From positions 62,001-97,796 of the forward strand of contig JADIIX010000084.1 in assembly GCA_027604505.1 (NCBI GenBank): a stretch of 35,796 nucleotides of DNA, given 5' to 3'. A model generated the notes under the pieces. It did no database searches. It had not been told where the DNA came from and worked only from the letters and a program-made list of their open reading frames with translations. Of this stretch, positions 22,195-34,516 are shown piece by piece. Both the position numbers and the translations under genes were made by a program. This DNA comes from Gonapodya sp. JEL0774 (taxonomy: Eukaryota). Each line of letters starts with the position of its first letter. Position 1 is the stretch's first letter.

Positions 22195-24290
22195 TTAACC
22201 CGTCCCACCCAACGTTCGTCCTCCACCCATCGCCCGCACGATTCCTTCCACTGCTACTTCCCCCACCTGCACTTCACCAATCCGAACACTCCCCGCCACC
22301 GCAACAGACCGTTCCATATCATGGATAATTTCGGCAGATGCAGAGAGCAGGGATAACGTTTGGACTAGAGTGCCGGCGAAGGCGCGAGTTGGGGGGACGG
22401 CCTGTTGTTACAATGAGAGCGGACATGATAGAGTAGACAGGAAAAGTGGAAGCGGTGTCGCAGAAAGAGATCTTGAGACGGTTCGAAAATTATTCTGTTT
22501 GCGATGCAATGTTCAACACTCACGGCTACCACTGAGCTGGTTCCATCTGGTCGGTCTGTCGCAACGAGGTTTATCGATTCGAGAAGCTGGCTGCACTTTT
22601 CGAGTTCGCGGACGAGTTCATCTAGGGGGGACCCGAGGTGTTACGGAAGTTGGGTGGGCGTAGAATGATTGAATAATGATCCGGGGACAGACTCAGTCCT
22701 TCTCCAACGCGTGGGGAGTCCGGATCTACCCCTAGTCGTTTCCAAAATTATAATCTTCTTGCGGCTCTGTATCCCCGATCCAGACCTGAATACTCTACAG
22801 ATGCAATGAAGAACGTCCTCACCTCTACTGCTGACGATCACTCCTTCTACGGGCATGCGCACAGCACCCACGCGCAACGCCCTCGCTAGTTCTGTGTAGG
22901 CAGGTCGGACACTGTCGATTGTGGGTTTGAGGGTAGTGAAGGCGCGGTGCTGAAAGTCGGATGGAGTGTACAGGTGCAGGTTTGACAGGGGCAGTAAGAA
23001 AGATGGGCGAAGAAATTTCAAGTGGTCAATGGGGGGTGCCCGTCAAATTTCCGAAATTCGTACGCCGGGGAATCTGATCCATGCGTCCGTCTTGATCCCT
23101 AGATGCGCAGGAGAGATCGTACATCTCTCATGGAGATGTGGTTGTTCGATTGTGACATTGGCGAAGTCTCTCCTCAATGGTCCCCTCGGGGTTATTGCGG
23201 CTGCCAGCATTTGCGTAAGTTACTTCTCCCACTCCAATCAGAAACCCACCTGCTCCTCAAGGGCGTCTGCAGCCCAAGTCCTCCTCATCTCCTGCTCGAC
23301 TTCGACTTTCTTTCCTGCAACCCTATCCTGTGCTGCCCTTGCGACCTCGTACGCTTCTCCAATCTGCTGCCGCGCGTGCTGCCGACGTAAATTTGATGCA
23401 TGTCGGGAACGTGCGTTCAAGTATTTCCATTGGAGAAGTCGGGAGCGGCGGAGGAGGAGAACATCATCCGGAAGTTTTGTGACATTAGACGTGGTTGTGG
23501 TTTGGTTAGGGTGCAATATTGGGAGGGTAGACGGAAGGAGACCCTTGACACCGGGGAGTGTGGGGTCGCGGTTCTGGTTCCCAGCCATTCCGCCACCTGC
23601 AGTCAACAAAGCGCGAGAACGGATCTCTGGAGATTTTTTGGGCACTCGCGCTACAGAAGGTGGTGGCAAGCGAGTGCCGTGTCTTGCGACAGAAGGAGGT
23701 GGAACGGTGGAGGAGTGAGCACCGGTTGGTCCAGGTACCATTCCTGCAGCGATTCGAGCAGCAACGAGACCAGCAGGTCGTCCTGGTGTTCGCGAAGACG
23801 AAGGTGATTTTGCGTGGGATTTTGTCGGTGTGCGGGCGCTCTTGGGAGTGATGGGTGGGATTGCAGTGGGAGATTGATTGGAAGGCTTTGTCGGAGTTTT
23901 CTGCTGGAGGTAGCGAGATGCAACGTGTCGGACTTCAAATTTTTGCGTGATAGATGGGCCGCAACAAACAGTCGGTAAAGTGAGTTCATTAATCAAATGG
24001 AATGGGCAGATGGAAGCCTGCGAGAGCGTTCCGCAAGCGGCGCAATGGTTCCAAATCTCCACACTCTCACCTTTCTTCCGTCCTCCTTTTGAGGTAGCAG
24101 ATATGAAACTTCTCTCCGTCATCGTGTCGCCATCTCCGCCAACATCGCCATGATCCCAACCAAGTTCCTGGCACTCTTGTTGCCCTCCCCCTACTCGCAC
24201 TTCGCCGAAGTCCGTGTTCCCCGATCCGCGTTCCTGTGCATCTCTTAGCGTAGTTTCTGTGCGTATCGTACCGTTTTCTGTCGCCATCAT
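22195..24290 (-). CDS. HAUS8: Augmin subunit 8 (HAUS8/Hice1, QWRF family)-like protein; exons approx. 24290-24071, 23932-23250, 22949-22823, 22621-22524, 22401-22195
   Basis: N-terminal KK|VRHVASRYLQ (cf. HAUS8 RVIESRYLQ), a basic S/T/P-rich region, LLQWKYLNAR (QWRF motif), YTELARALRVGAVRMPVEGV, and coiled-coil segments. Splice phases are consistent. Confidence 0.72.
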
Positions 24291-24595
24291 CTCCGATTGC
24301 CTTGAAGTTCCAGTGGTCACCGCACCGTCACCTCGGTGCTAATGCCACATTATTTGTACACAACATGAAGTCCTCATTGTTGTCATGTCTTCATGCATAA
24401 GACGCAACGCACCTTACACTGAGAAAATGACTACATATCTCATCGTCTCTTAGTCGCACCTGGCACTGACTAAATAAGTACGTATCTACACCATTTTCTC
24501 TCAGATTGCAACTCCAAATGTTCGTGTCCGTGCAAGGAATCGGCAGGTTGATCGCAAGGAAGAGATTGCAGATCAATACTTCAATCTGTCGCTCC

Positions 24596-26108
24596 CTAGT
24601 ACCCGCGCCCAATTTGGGGAGCGGAGCCCCGTTTCTGCACGGGCAAAGCTTGCGCTTGTGCATGCCCATATCCCCCACCATTCTGTCCTTGTCCACCATG
24701 TCGGTGTGGTGCCGCATACCCGTTTCCTCCTTGATTAGCCGTATGCCCTGGCTGTGGGTATGACGACGAAGTCCGGGCCGGTCGAAGTTGTGGGACGGGT
24801 TCGGGAGGCGGAGGAGCGTTTGGGAGGAGATCGTTCATGGCGTACGGCGGCCGCGAGACGGGGTAAACGGTAGGTTGCGATGCACGAGGCACGGGCGGAG
24901 ATTGTGCGGGATTGGGGTACGACGACGACGACCGCGCCGGAGCCGGAGCAGGGCCAGGATCGGGGTATGATGATGCTCGAACTGGTTGCGGAGGACGTCG
25001 CGGATCAGGGGCATACTTTTGTTCCGGAGGAAAGTGGTACTGAGGCTGCTGGTAGCCCGGCGCAGGTGCTGGATTTGGGTAGCTGCGACGGGGAGAGTTG
25101 GGAGATCCAGCAGGTGGTACTGAATCGTAGCGTGTGTGGGGGCTCGCCGTGCCCGACGAGCCAACGCCACCGCCGGGATAACCACGCGGTGGGGGACCGC
25201 CTTGACCGCGAGAAGCGTACTGGTTAGGATGGTTGGGTGGTGGCGCCCGAGCGGGGGGAGGGCTGAGGAAAGCGGAAAGACGAAATGGATAATTCAAATA
25301 GTACCCCAACTTGAGCGTGAATGATTCCCAAGTCCGCTTTTCCTGTCGTTGGCTCAAACTAAAACGCCAGACAAAAACTCATAATTTGAAACTCATGAAA
25401 AGGTAAATGCTGGTTGTCAAGCAAGTTCCCATTAGAAAATGGCAACCACGAACTGTGAATACTTGTCGCCACAGAGCAAACACGTGATATACTCGATATG
25501 CCCACCCAACTTGACATGGCAGAAGCTTTCACACTGCCGTACCTCAGATGCTCAAACAGGACACCCGAAAACTCACGCAGGTGCGGGCAGTGGTGCGAGC
25601 TTGACCCACTTCTCCACTTGGTTGCCTGCGCTATCAGTGTAACCAACGCAGTGGCCTACGGAGAACACGGTAAGAGTGAACAAGAACCAAAGTAGGGCAG
25701 AGCACCAGGTAGAATGGTCAGAACTCTGTCACGGTTGAGCGCTTGGCGGTTTGACACAGGGAATCGATTCCGAAACGGATGAACATTGACTTAATTTCCA
25801 ATTCGCATCGGACGGGGAAACCAAGAGAGTTGGATTCTCTGGCGTCCGCGTGGCGTTGGAATTACAATATCCCAGCCTACATCCCAGGCTAATCCATTAT
25901 CCGTTCTCGAACGCACCTTTTCCTGGGTCGTATTCAATAATCCGCGCCCTGTTTGTCGTCCCGTTACCGCTCTTGATTTCCACCAAGTCACCGATTGAGT
26001 ACCCCCCAGAAGATGGAGGAGCTGAAAGGTGACAGCCATTCCGGGGAATGCGAACTTGGTCTTGATACGCACGGAGCACGTGTGCCACCTACCGCTTCCG
26101 CGTCGCAT
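24596..26108 (-). CDS. Hypothetical protein with an N-terminal Tudor/SH3-like beta domain and a Pro/Tyr/Gln-rich tail; exons 26108-26093, 26021-25917, 25655-25577, 25262-24596
   Basis: Splicing gives MRRGS|APPSSGGYSIGDLVEIKSGNGTTNRARIIEYDPGK|GHCVGYTDSAGNQVEKWVKL...PA|PPPARAPP... Phases 1, 1 and 2 match at all three GT-AG junctions. Confidence 0.65.
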
Positions 26109-26569
26109 TTCCTCCGGTCAGAGATTGCACGTAGTCGGGAGCAGTCGACTTGTGCGATCATCCAACCTTGGTCGCCTTCTTGGCAATATGTATTTCCTTG
26201 ATAATTCCGAGTATTCACCACACCAACTATAATGTCTCTTCAAAAGGATATGCATCCCAGTGTTTAGAGCCTTCACTATCTATTTCGTGGGAGAATCTAA
26301 GTTCTGATTCGTTCCAATACTTTCATTGCCTAAAATATTCCAAACCATGACCCATTTATGCTTCCCAACGAGGCACTTCGGTTGTACATGTATGAGCATG
26401 GTGAGGTGGGCAGTGGCTGGCAGATGTACCAAATGCACTCCTGATCTGATAATCGAAGAATCGAGACAACCCTATCCCATTGCACCCGTCGTATTCGGCA
26501 AGCTTTCGCTCGCAGACAGCTTTTTACCCGCCACTCGTCGTTCTCTCGTATCGCCAGTCTTTCTTGCGG

Positions 26570-28428
26570 ATGTCTCCCACTGGATCATCTTCTGCCTCCA
26601 CTCCAGACCGCACCGCCTCCGTGGCACAAAGCTTCCCTTCTGCACCATCTTTGGATGCGTTATCCTCCGTTCCCTCCCTAGCCGGCTCGACAACCTCAGC
26701 CCCCGGCTCGGCACCCTCCATCCCCGGTTCTCCACAAACGAAGGACCGCCCATCCAACACGCAACCGCTCCCATATCACGAGCAGCAGTTTTTTTACTGC
26801 TGTGCCATGGTAAGTGTGTTCTCTGGAGGGCACTGATGGATCCTGGTCGCTTTGGGAACATGGGTCTCCTACGAACGAACCTTTCAAAACCAAATCAAGC
26901 ATTTTCCTGTTCGCGCTTTGTCTTGAGAGCATGTGTTACTCGGGTTACGCACATTGATCATCGGATTGGATATTGGGAGTTCTCTATGGGAGTGCAGCCT
27001 ACCAGAAGCTCTTCGGTCGAGCACAGGAGATGCATCAGAGCATTCATGAGGTCTCGCCGAAGTAAAATACTGATTCTCCGCAACAACCTTTTAACTTCTG
27101 TGCTTCTCGTGTCCTCGCCTCCGTCTGTCCTCTCCTTGGGACGTCCATGTGCAACCCCAGCATGCTGTCAACTCTGCTTTCCAAAAACGTATCTACTACA
27201 AGCGAGATTTCGACAAAGTTGCGAACCAGCTCCACAAGGAGACGAGGAAGGTACAAACGTTCCCTTGGAATCTCGTGAACCCACACAAGAGCCTCCTGTG
27301 AGTATTGGCCATCGATTGAGGGACCCCGTGACTGGAGTGCAAATCTGTGAAGCAAACCTTCGGTGAAAGTTGCCAGAAGATTTAGGTGTTCAAGGCTCGC
27401 GAGAACATTGTTTAGGAGCCGAAGCAGAGGTCCAGGAGATACCGAAGGTGAAAGTAAAGGATGGAGACCACGTGGACCTACCAGATAATTGTATGACCCC
27501 CGGCGATCCTCCTTTCATATTGCACCCAGCTATTCGCTGCGGTCGGTGGCGCCTTATACCAGATGCGTTCGGCAGTATCATCTGCTTGCCCGTACCGTCG
27601 ATTTTGTTTCAAACTGAGGGTCAGGGCGTCATGTATTTTGGATGGAGGCGACGATTTCCACGCGTTCTTGGTGTCTATTTCCTTTTGCTGCGCTCATTTT
27701 TTGACTTTTGCTAATAACGGTATCGCTCTCGCTCATTCTCAAATTTCAAATCTTCTACACACAACCAACCCTGCAGCGGTGTCGGCAACTACGATGTCAA
27801 TGTCATCTCCCGGTCATTTGAGGAACACGGCTTTGAGCTTCAGTGGTGGGATTTGCGAAAGCGTGAGTTGCGAATGGGCGGCATATTTTATGTCGTAATC
27901 AGGTTGAGTTCCACTCGATATGACTTGTGTCAACCGCTACCTCGACCTTCAGCGCTTGCTGCTATCCCATTCGAATCCCCCTCGTTCCTCTCTCTCCTTT
28001 TGAATGCAACATCTGGAGATCTCCTGTCATCTCATCACTTTTGGACTATTCGGGAGTATCCCCGTGCTTCGGGTACCTGGTGGTCCCTCGACAGTAAGCA
28101 AGACCGACCAGACAAAATTGGCCCGCTTGCTGAGGTTATCAAACTTCTGGAGCTTCTCAAGGGAGCGAAAAGGGAGCTGCAGGTCATGGTCGTCGTGGCG
28201 AAACCGGTAGCTACTGAAGGTGCCGATGCCCCCGGAGAAAATGAAGTATCCCCAGCACAACCAACTACCAATGGTGATGGGTGTGTGAACGGTGCACTGT
28301 CTCGTCCGAGTGCGGATGAGGTCGGGAGGAAGGTGCAACTTCCAAAGCAACATCCTCTGCCATTCGAGTTGGTAATGGAAAGACGGGTGATGGCTCATGC
28401 AAATATGGCAGTAAATGGCAGGAGCTAA
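26570..28428 (+). CDS. Josephin-domain deubiquitinase (JOSD1/JOSD2-like); exons approx. 26570-26809, 27161-27250, 27530-27591 (uncertain), 27777-27862, 27953-28428
   Basis: YHEQQFFYCCAM|HAVNSAFQ (catalytic Cys), GNYDVNVI...WWDLRK, HHFWTIR (His) and WSLDSK (Asp). No UIM/polyQ tail, so it is JOSD-like rather than ataxin-3. Confidence 0.88.
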
Positions 28429-28928
28429 ATTGGAGCGTGGTTGTGAAGGGCAAAACTTTCTTGGGGTGTCTGTGAAACTGGTCTGTCCACGTACTTTGGA
28501 CTCTGAACGGTGAATCGAAAGGCGAATCTTACCTGATATATTTGAAATGCATTTTAATGCTCTGCGCTGTAACTAGTTCTCATCGATTTTCTGGTTGATA
28601 ATAATAATATCCATTTTGGATTGCGGCGATGGAACCGAGGGAGGCGCTGAGGCACAGGTGTCATTTTCATTTCCCCTTCGCCTGTTTTCATTTCCACAAG
28701 AAACTTCCGGCGTCTCCGTCTTTTGAAACTTCAAAGCTCACCCGCCAACGTCAGCGCAATCCAAATTGTAAGAACGCCTCGTCTCTCGCTCAGATATTCT
28801 TGTTTGGTAAACCACGATGGTCTCTGGTTATCGCCTTCCGTGCTCCGGCTGCCTATCTTCTTCGCCATCTGTGGCTTTTCTGCCAAACCCTCAATCTCCA
28901 ACTCAGTTTCCAAAGTAGATCGCTGGAA

Positions 28929-30501
28929 ATGCCGTCTTCTCGATCCTCCAAGTCCCGTTATCTGGCGGTTGCGGCAGCTGCAGCTGCACCTCTTCTAGTT
29001 GCCGCCCAATACAACCCGGCAGCAACCTGCACAGGCGGGCTCTTCCCCGTCATTTCAAACCTCACTCCAGGTGTCAACCTCACTATCCCACAAGGGGTCA
29101 TTAGCACGGCTCGTGAGTATGGTCAAAACACAGCACATTGCAAAGGGGAATTCAAATGATTAGGGAAGTGTGAGTTGGCAAATCTCCTCAAGGAAGCGAT
29201 AGGTACTCTGTCCTTCCAACATATATGAGTGCAAATGGAGATACGGGGCTCTTTTGAAGTCCTCACTCTACCATTTTGACCATCTGAACCGTGATTGCGT
29301 TGTTTCTCAATTCCTCTGGAATTATTCTCGTCATGGAAGTCACTCAGCTGATACGCAGCCTGTTCTTTCCTCGGTGGTGCTCTATTCATTGTGGAGTCCG
29401 GGGAATGACGTCTTGACCCGAGGAGTAACTTGGTTCTACTTCTGATCTTCATGGTACCTCTCCCCCGAACCATCCAGTCGGCAACCAGAACACCTACACC
29501 GTGACATACGAGGTTGACAAGGATGGTGGTGTGACCGTCACGCCCAACCCCGCCTACAAAAAGGAGGACAACTTCTGGTTCTTCAAGTTCGACACGGCTG
29601 AGTGCTTCGACATCACTCAGTGGAACACTGTGGAGTTCGAGTACATGGCTCCCGCTGGATCTTCGTTCGGCTGGACCATGACTGTCCACCAGGATACATG
29701 CAAACTAGCTGGAGCGTTCGGTTGCTACAACCACACCTTCAACTGTGTGAGGGGACCTGGTGAGTTGTTAAAATTCACCGTGCGACCTACTTCGTAGGAT
29801 TTAGGCCCGGCTTCAGGCTTCTAATATCTCTCTTCTCTCACCTGTATCGCGCAGACACATCGTACCACTTTTTGAACGAATACACCAAAACTGGTGTAAC
29901 CGATGGCACTTGGCAAAAGATCTCCCTCCCCCTCTATGACTTCCGGATCAACGTCGCTGACAACGCCACAGATTTCAACCATATCAAGGACTGGTGAGAT
30001 TTTGGATTCAAATGGTTCGACAAGTATCAACAAGTCGCCCATTGTCTGACGGTGGCATGGGACTTTTTTTTGTGCAGGACCTTTGTCGGCTTGGACCCTG
30101 TCAACCGCACGGACGGTCTTGCTCCAACTTTCCGCTGGCGCAATCTCAACCTGAACTGCCGGACTGATTTCCCCTCGATTGCAAACCTCCCCAAAACTCT
30201 CACCAAAGCCAACCCCAATCCTGCTGGTTTCGTTTGGGATGCAAGCGCTGTTGATTACACCGGAACGACAGTTTCTCCCAAAATCGCGACAGTGGGTGCT
30301 GGCTCAAGCAGCAGCACTGGTGCCGCTGGTGCTGCTAGTGCTACAGCAACAACCAGGGCAGCGACCAGCGCTGCTGCTGCCGCAACGACCGCGGCGGTGA
30401 TTTCAACTCCGACTCAGAAGGCTGGCTCTGCTGGCCGTGTTGGTGGATCGTGGGGAGTGGCTGCGCTTGTTGCGGGTGCCGCCGTTGTGCTCGGGTTGTA
30501 G
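28929..30501 (+). CDS. Secreted, probably GPI-anchored cell-surface protein with a galactose-binding/CBM-like domain (paralog A); exons 28929-29112, 29478-29759, 29855-29993, 30078-30501
   Basis: Signal peptide (RYLAVAAAAAAPLLVAA-Q); aromatic-rich domain (FWFFKFDTAECFDI..., WQKISLPLYDF, DFNHIKDWTFVGL); S/T/A-rich stalk; hydrophobic C-terminus SAGRVGGSWGVAALVAGAAVVLGL. Confidence 0.8.
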
Positions 30502-31245
30502 AGTCGTGCTGTTCAGCGGGAAACGTGTAGTGGTTCGTCGCCTGGTTACAGTTGGTTGCAACATGTAGATGCTACCGTCTATATTATTTCCACACACCTC
30601 CTTTACTACCACATGCAAATAATTGAAATTTGAGCATGGAAAATAGTTAAACGATGGTGAACAAAGCAACGAACTGACAGGTTCTCGTTTGTAGCAGGCA
30701 ACTGCTCGACTGTGAGAAATGTGATTCGAAACAAGCAACATGCTGGTCCCACAAGCCACCAAGGTCGTCCGTCAGGCTCACTGGAGAAGATGGGATTGAA
30801 CCAGCAGGGATTGTCTCCTACAATGATAATTCCACCGTCCCCACAGCCATGAAGTCGCTTTGGCATCGTTGAACCATCCAAAATGCTCAATGCACCACCA
30901 GCTTGTTCATCTTGAATTGCTTGACGAGAGCGTCAACCCGTAAAGTATAGATCAGATTCTTCAGCTAACAGAATGCACACGCGAGAGATGACTGAGAATT
31001 TAGCAACGCCCAACAAAGATGCAATAAAACAGAGACACCAGATTTTTTCACGAAATAGGAAAAGCCTTGAACCGTGCTTTCTAGCCCGCGCATCAAACTC
31101 TCTGTGGAAAAATGAACAAAACACTCGTGTCTCTGATGAGGCTGCATCCTCCCCCAGTCTTGGCAGTTCCGTCCTCAGCCTCAATTTGCGGTGCTGCCTT
31201 AGTTCCAAATTCGCAACCAAAATTTTCTCTTACGCTCTACAGAAA

Positions 31246-32911
31246 ATGTCGCCGCCCCGCCACTCGTTCCAATCCCGCTTCTTGTCCGTTGCTGCCGTTG
31301 CCGCCGCTCCTCTTCTGGTGGCCGCCCAGACTTACAACCCCTCGGCAGCCTGCACGGGTGGGCTTTTCCCCGTGATCAGCAATCTTACCCCAGGAGTCGC
31401 TCTCACCATTCCTCAGGGCGTCATTGGAACTGCTCGTGAGTATGATGAGATAAGGTGGTGGATTGAGACTTAGAGTGGTTCTGTTTGAGTGAGGTGGTAG
31501 AACATCATGACACCTGCAGAACTCGGGAGGGAAGTTTAGATTCCTGGAAGCAATACCGCGATCGATTCGTTTTATATCGCTGTGGAGAATCTCTCTATAC
31601 TTGTTCGCTGGGAGGTCTTGGTTTGTCTCATTTTTGTGCGCCAAGAAGCCTCTTATGGACGAAGCCACAACTGGAGTCTCGGTGGAATCTTTGTTAAATG
31701 ACTGCCTAGCCTTCAGAAAGCAAGCCGAGGGATGATAACTGGGGAGCTCTCTCGGGAACTCTGTCACGAATCTCCCAATTTGTGCTGTTTTCTCCGGTAT
31801 CTGACATAAACCCGTCTGTTGTCATTATCACATCCGACAGCGGGCAACCAAGGCACCGATACCGTCACCTGGGCAGTCGATCAAGACGGTGGAGTCACCG
31901 TCACTCCCAACCCAGCCTACTCCAAGAGTGACAACTTTTGGTTCTTCAAGTTCGACACAGCGGAATGCTTCGACATCACAAACTACAACACGGCCGAGTT
32001 TGAGTACATGGCGCCTCCAAACTCGTCGTTTGGATGGACCATGACGGTTCATCAGGACGTGTGCGCGGCTGCAGGCGCGTTTGGGTGTTACAACAACACA
32101 TTCTACTGCCCTAGAGGTCCAGGTGAGTATCTTTATCCCCCGGAACAACAAAAAAGAAAATAATTTAAAAACACATCAGCAGTGCGAGATTGGATTGGAA
32201 TCGCTTTCACGTCCACTTCCATTAACCCTCATCCCGCCCTGTTCAGACACATCGTACCACTTCCTGAACGAGTACACCAAGACCGGCGTGACGGACGGTA
32301 CATGGCAGAAGGTCTCCCTCCCTCTGTACGATTTCCGCATCAACGTTGCCGACAACGCCACTGACTTCAACCACATCAAGGACTGGTGAGTAGAAGAACA
32401 AACCATCAAACCGACCCCCAAGGAACATAGTTTTCTAACACATTTTCTCCTGTTCGCGTTTGCCAGGACCTTTGTTGGGCTGGACCCCGTCAACCGCACC
32501 GACGGTCTCGCCCCGACCTTCCGCTGGCGCAACTTCAACCTCAACTGCCGCACTGACTTCCCCTCCATCAAGAACCTCCCCAAAACCCTCACCAAGACCA
32601 ACCCCAACCCTGCTGGTTTTGTCTGGGACGCGACCTCGGTGGACTACACAGGTGCCAAAGTCGCCGCGACGGTTGCCACCTCGGGAGCCGCCGGCGCAAG
32701 TGCCACTTCGACTGCGACCGTCGGTGCAGGTGCGGGCTCAGCGAGCTCTACAGCGACAAGGGCGGCCTCGACGACCGCCGCTGCGGCGACCACCGCGGTT
32801 GTGCTTTCGACGGCGACTGGCAAGGCCGGGGCTGCGGGCCGTGTGGGCGGGTCGGGGTCGTGGGGGGTCGCTGCGCTTGTGGCAGGTGCGGCGGTGGTGA
32901 TTGGTCTGTGA
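31246..32911 (+). CDS. Tandem paralog B of the secreted, GPI-anchored CBM-like protein; exons 31246-31435, 31841-32122, 32247-32385, 32467-32911
   Basis: Same architecture, same three intron positions and phases, and a near-identical core sequence to 28929-30501. Confidence 0.8.
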
Positions 32912-33338
32912 ACCAACCGCGCCGTCTCTGCTCTCCGGTGACTGGTTTGCTGGAGTTGTATTTCGCTGGTGATGCTGGTGGGAAGGGAGGTTAATTATGC
33001 ACTGAATGGGGAGAGCTATGCGTGGTCACGGTTTGTTGGCCGGGTGGCGATTTTACTTTTAGAAGCAGACCCGACACTTGACCCGTAGTCGTGCCAAAGA
33101 ACATCTACTACTTTCACTGTAAGACGTTATGAACGCATGTTTACAAGCACTATCCAAATAAAAGTCAACACTTTTAAAAGGGTTCCAATTGAATTGCATC
33201 GTGGAAGAAATTACATAAAGAAAAAACACAGCTACAGGTGAAGCAAAACAAGATCGAAGGCCAACCGAATTGCAGCAATTGGTTTCTGGCACCCGGCGAC
33301 AGGACGTCGTGTAACAACCGGCTGACGCTCCTCAAATT

Positions 33339-34319
33339 TCACATCACCCCGGCTGCCGCTACCGCAATGGGATTTTGCTCGGCAAAGTCATCCAAACTCA
33401 TTCTGTGCGTTACTGCACTTCCGTCGAGATACTCCCGCATCACACGTCCGTGGTGTCCACTCGTCGGTTGCGCGTGTGGAGATGGGTCAACATCCTTGCC
33501 AGAACCTGTGGTAGGAAGTAATACCGAAGCGCCGGAAATGGGGTCCGAGGAGAGTAAAGGGAGAACATTTGCTTTGAAGTAGTCGGAATATGGGGTGCGG
33601 GAGCACGGCCAGCTGGCGGAGACGGAATGTTGGAAAGGTGCGAGGATTGCGAGACGAGATCGTTGAGCAACAAGCGCATGGTCATACCTACCTGTACGAA
33701 TGTGTTTTGGCATCGGCTGAGAACACCTTCGGACCCTCCGTTATTGTTGTGCGTTCGGCATCGTGTTCGGCGTCCTCGATCGCATTTCTCTCCACACCCC
33801 CGCTCACGGCTATAGAAAGTGTCACACTTTCACGCCTTGTCCGCAATACCGTGGTCTCCGTTCCTTGCAGTTCTTCGAGCATCGCCCACGCGCCCACCAG
33901 AGGATCCGCAGAGTAATCCACAACCGAGGCTGGTCCACCCGTCGCGCGGGTGTAGAGCAATTTAGCGAAGCAGCCCTGACATACGGAGACTGTGGGCTGA
34001 GGTTTGGATTGCGTCATTAGTCGAAGAGAACACCAGCTATATCTCTCATGACCCGCCGCCGTTCACCTTTCGATGAGCGGGTTGCTTCCACCCAATGAAC
34101 AGACGCTCCTGGAAAAGAGCCACGCAAGATCGATGTCAGGGGATGCGCATAAAGGGAGAAGAAATAATGGCCAAATCGGTTAGTCTGGTTTGGTGTCCTG
34201 ACTTGACGCTTTGATGGACATACCTTCATTTTCTGCTCGCAAACCTCACACTCCAGCTCTACTTTAGGGAGAATTTTCTCACCGATCCGTCTATAAAGCC
34301 GTAGTAGGACGCCTGGCAT
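33339..34319 (-). CDS. Hypothetical protein (about 240 aa) with an N-terminal C-x2-C-x24-C-x2-C motif; exons 34319-34224, 34108-34067, 33996-33692, 33612-33339
   Basis: Phase-consistent GT-AG splicing gives ECEVCEQKMK|ERLFIGWKQPAHRK|PTVSVCQGCFAKLL; GACTAAT branch site in intron 2. Confidence 0.55.
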
Positions 34320-34516
34320 CGCTGGGCAAGTGCGGGAAGCAGACGGCTGAAGTGGATGACTGGAAGGCTCTGCCTAAGCAGGGACGGCTACTGTGGCCAC
34401 TCACCACTCGCTCAACCTGCTGAGGTTTTAGTTGATCAGAATTAAACTGACGAGACAAATCAAATTGCATATTTAATTAATTTAATGCCGCAAGATTGGA
34501 CTAATTACAACACGTT

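Noticed and set aside
24391..24717. Possible fusion of the Pro-rich gene with HAUS8 through this ORF
   Set aside because: No phase-consistent exon chain was found; each gene has its own plausible start and stop.
26326..27366. 346-aa ORF
   Set aside because: Off-frame overlap of the Josephin exons and introns; no recognisable motifs.
30973..31245. Long N-terminal extensions upstream of the secreted paralogs (also 28629-28928)
   Set aside because: Not conserved between the paralogs; similarity and signal peptides begin at ATG 28929 and ATG 31246.
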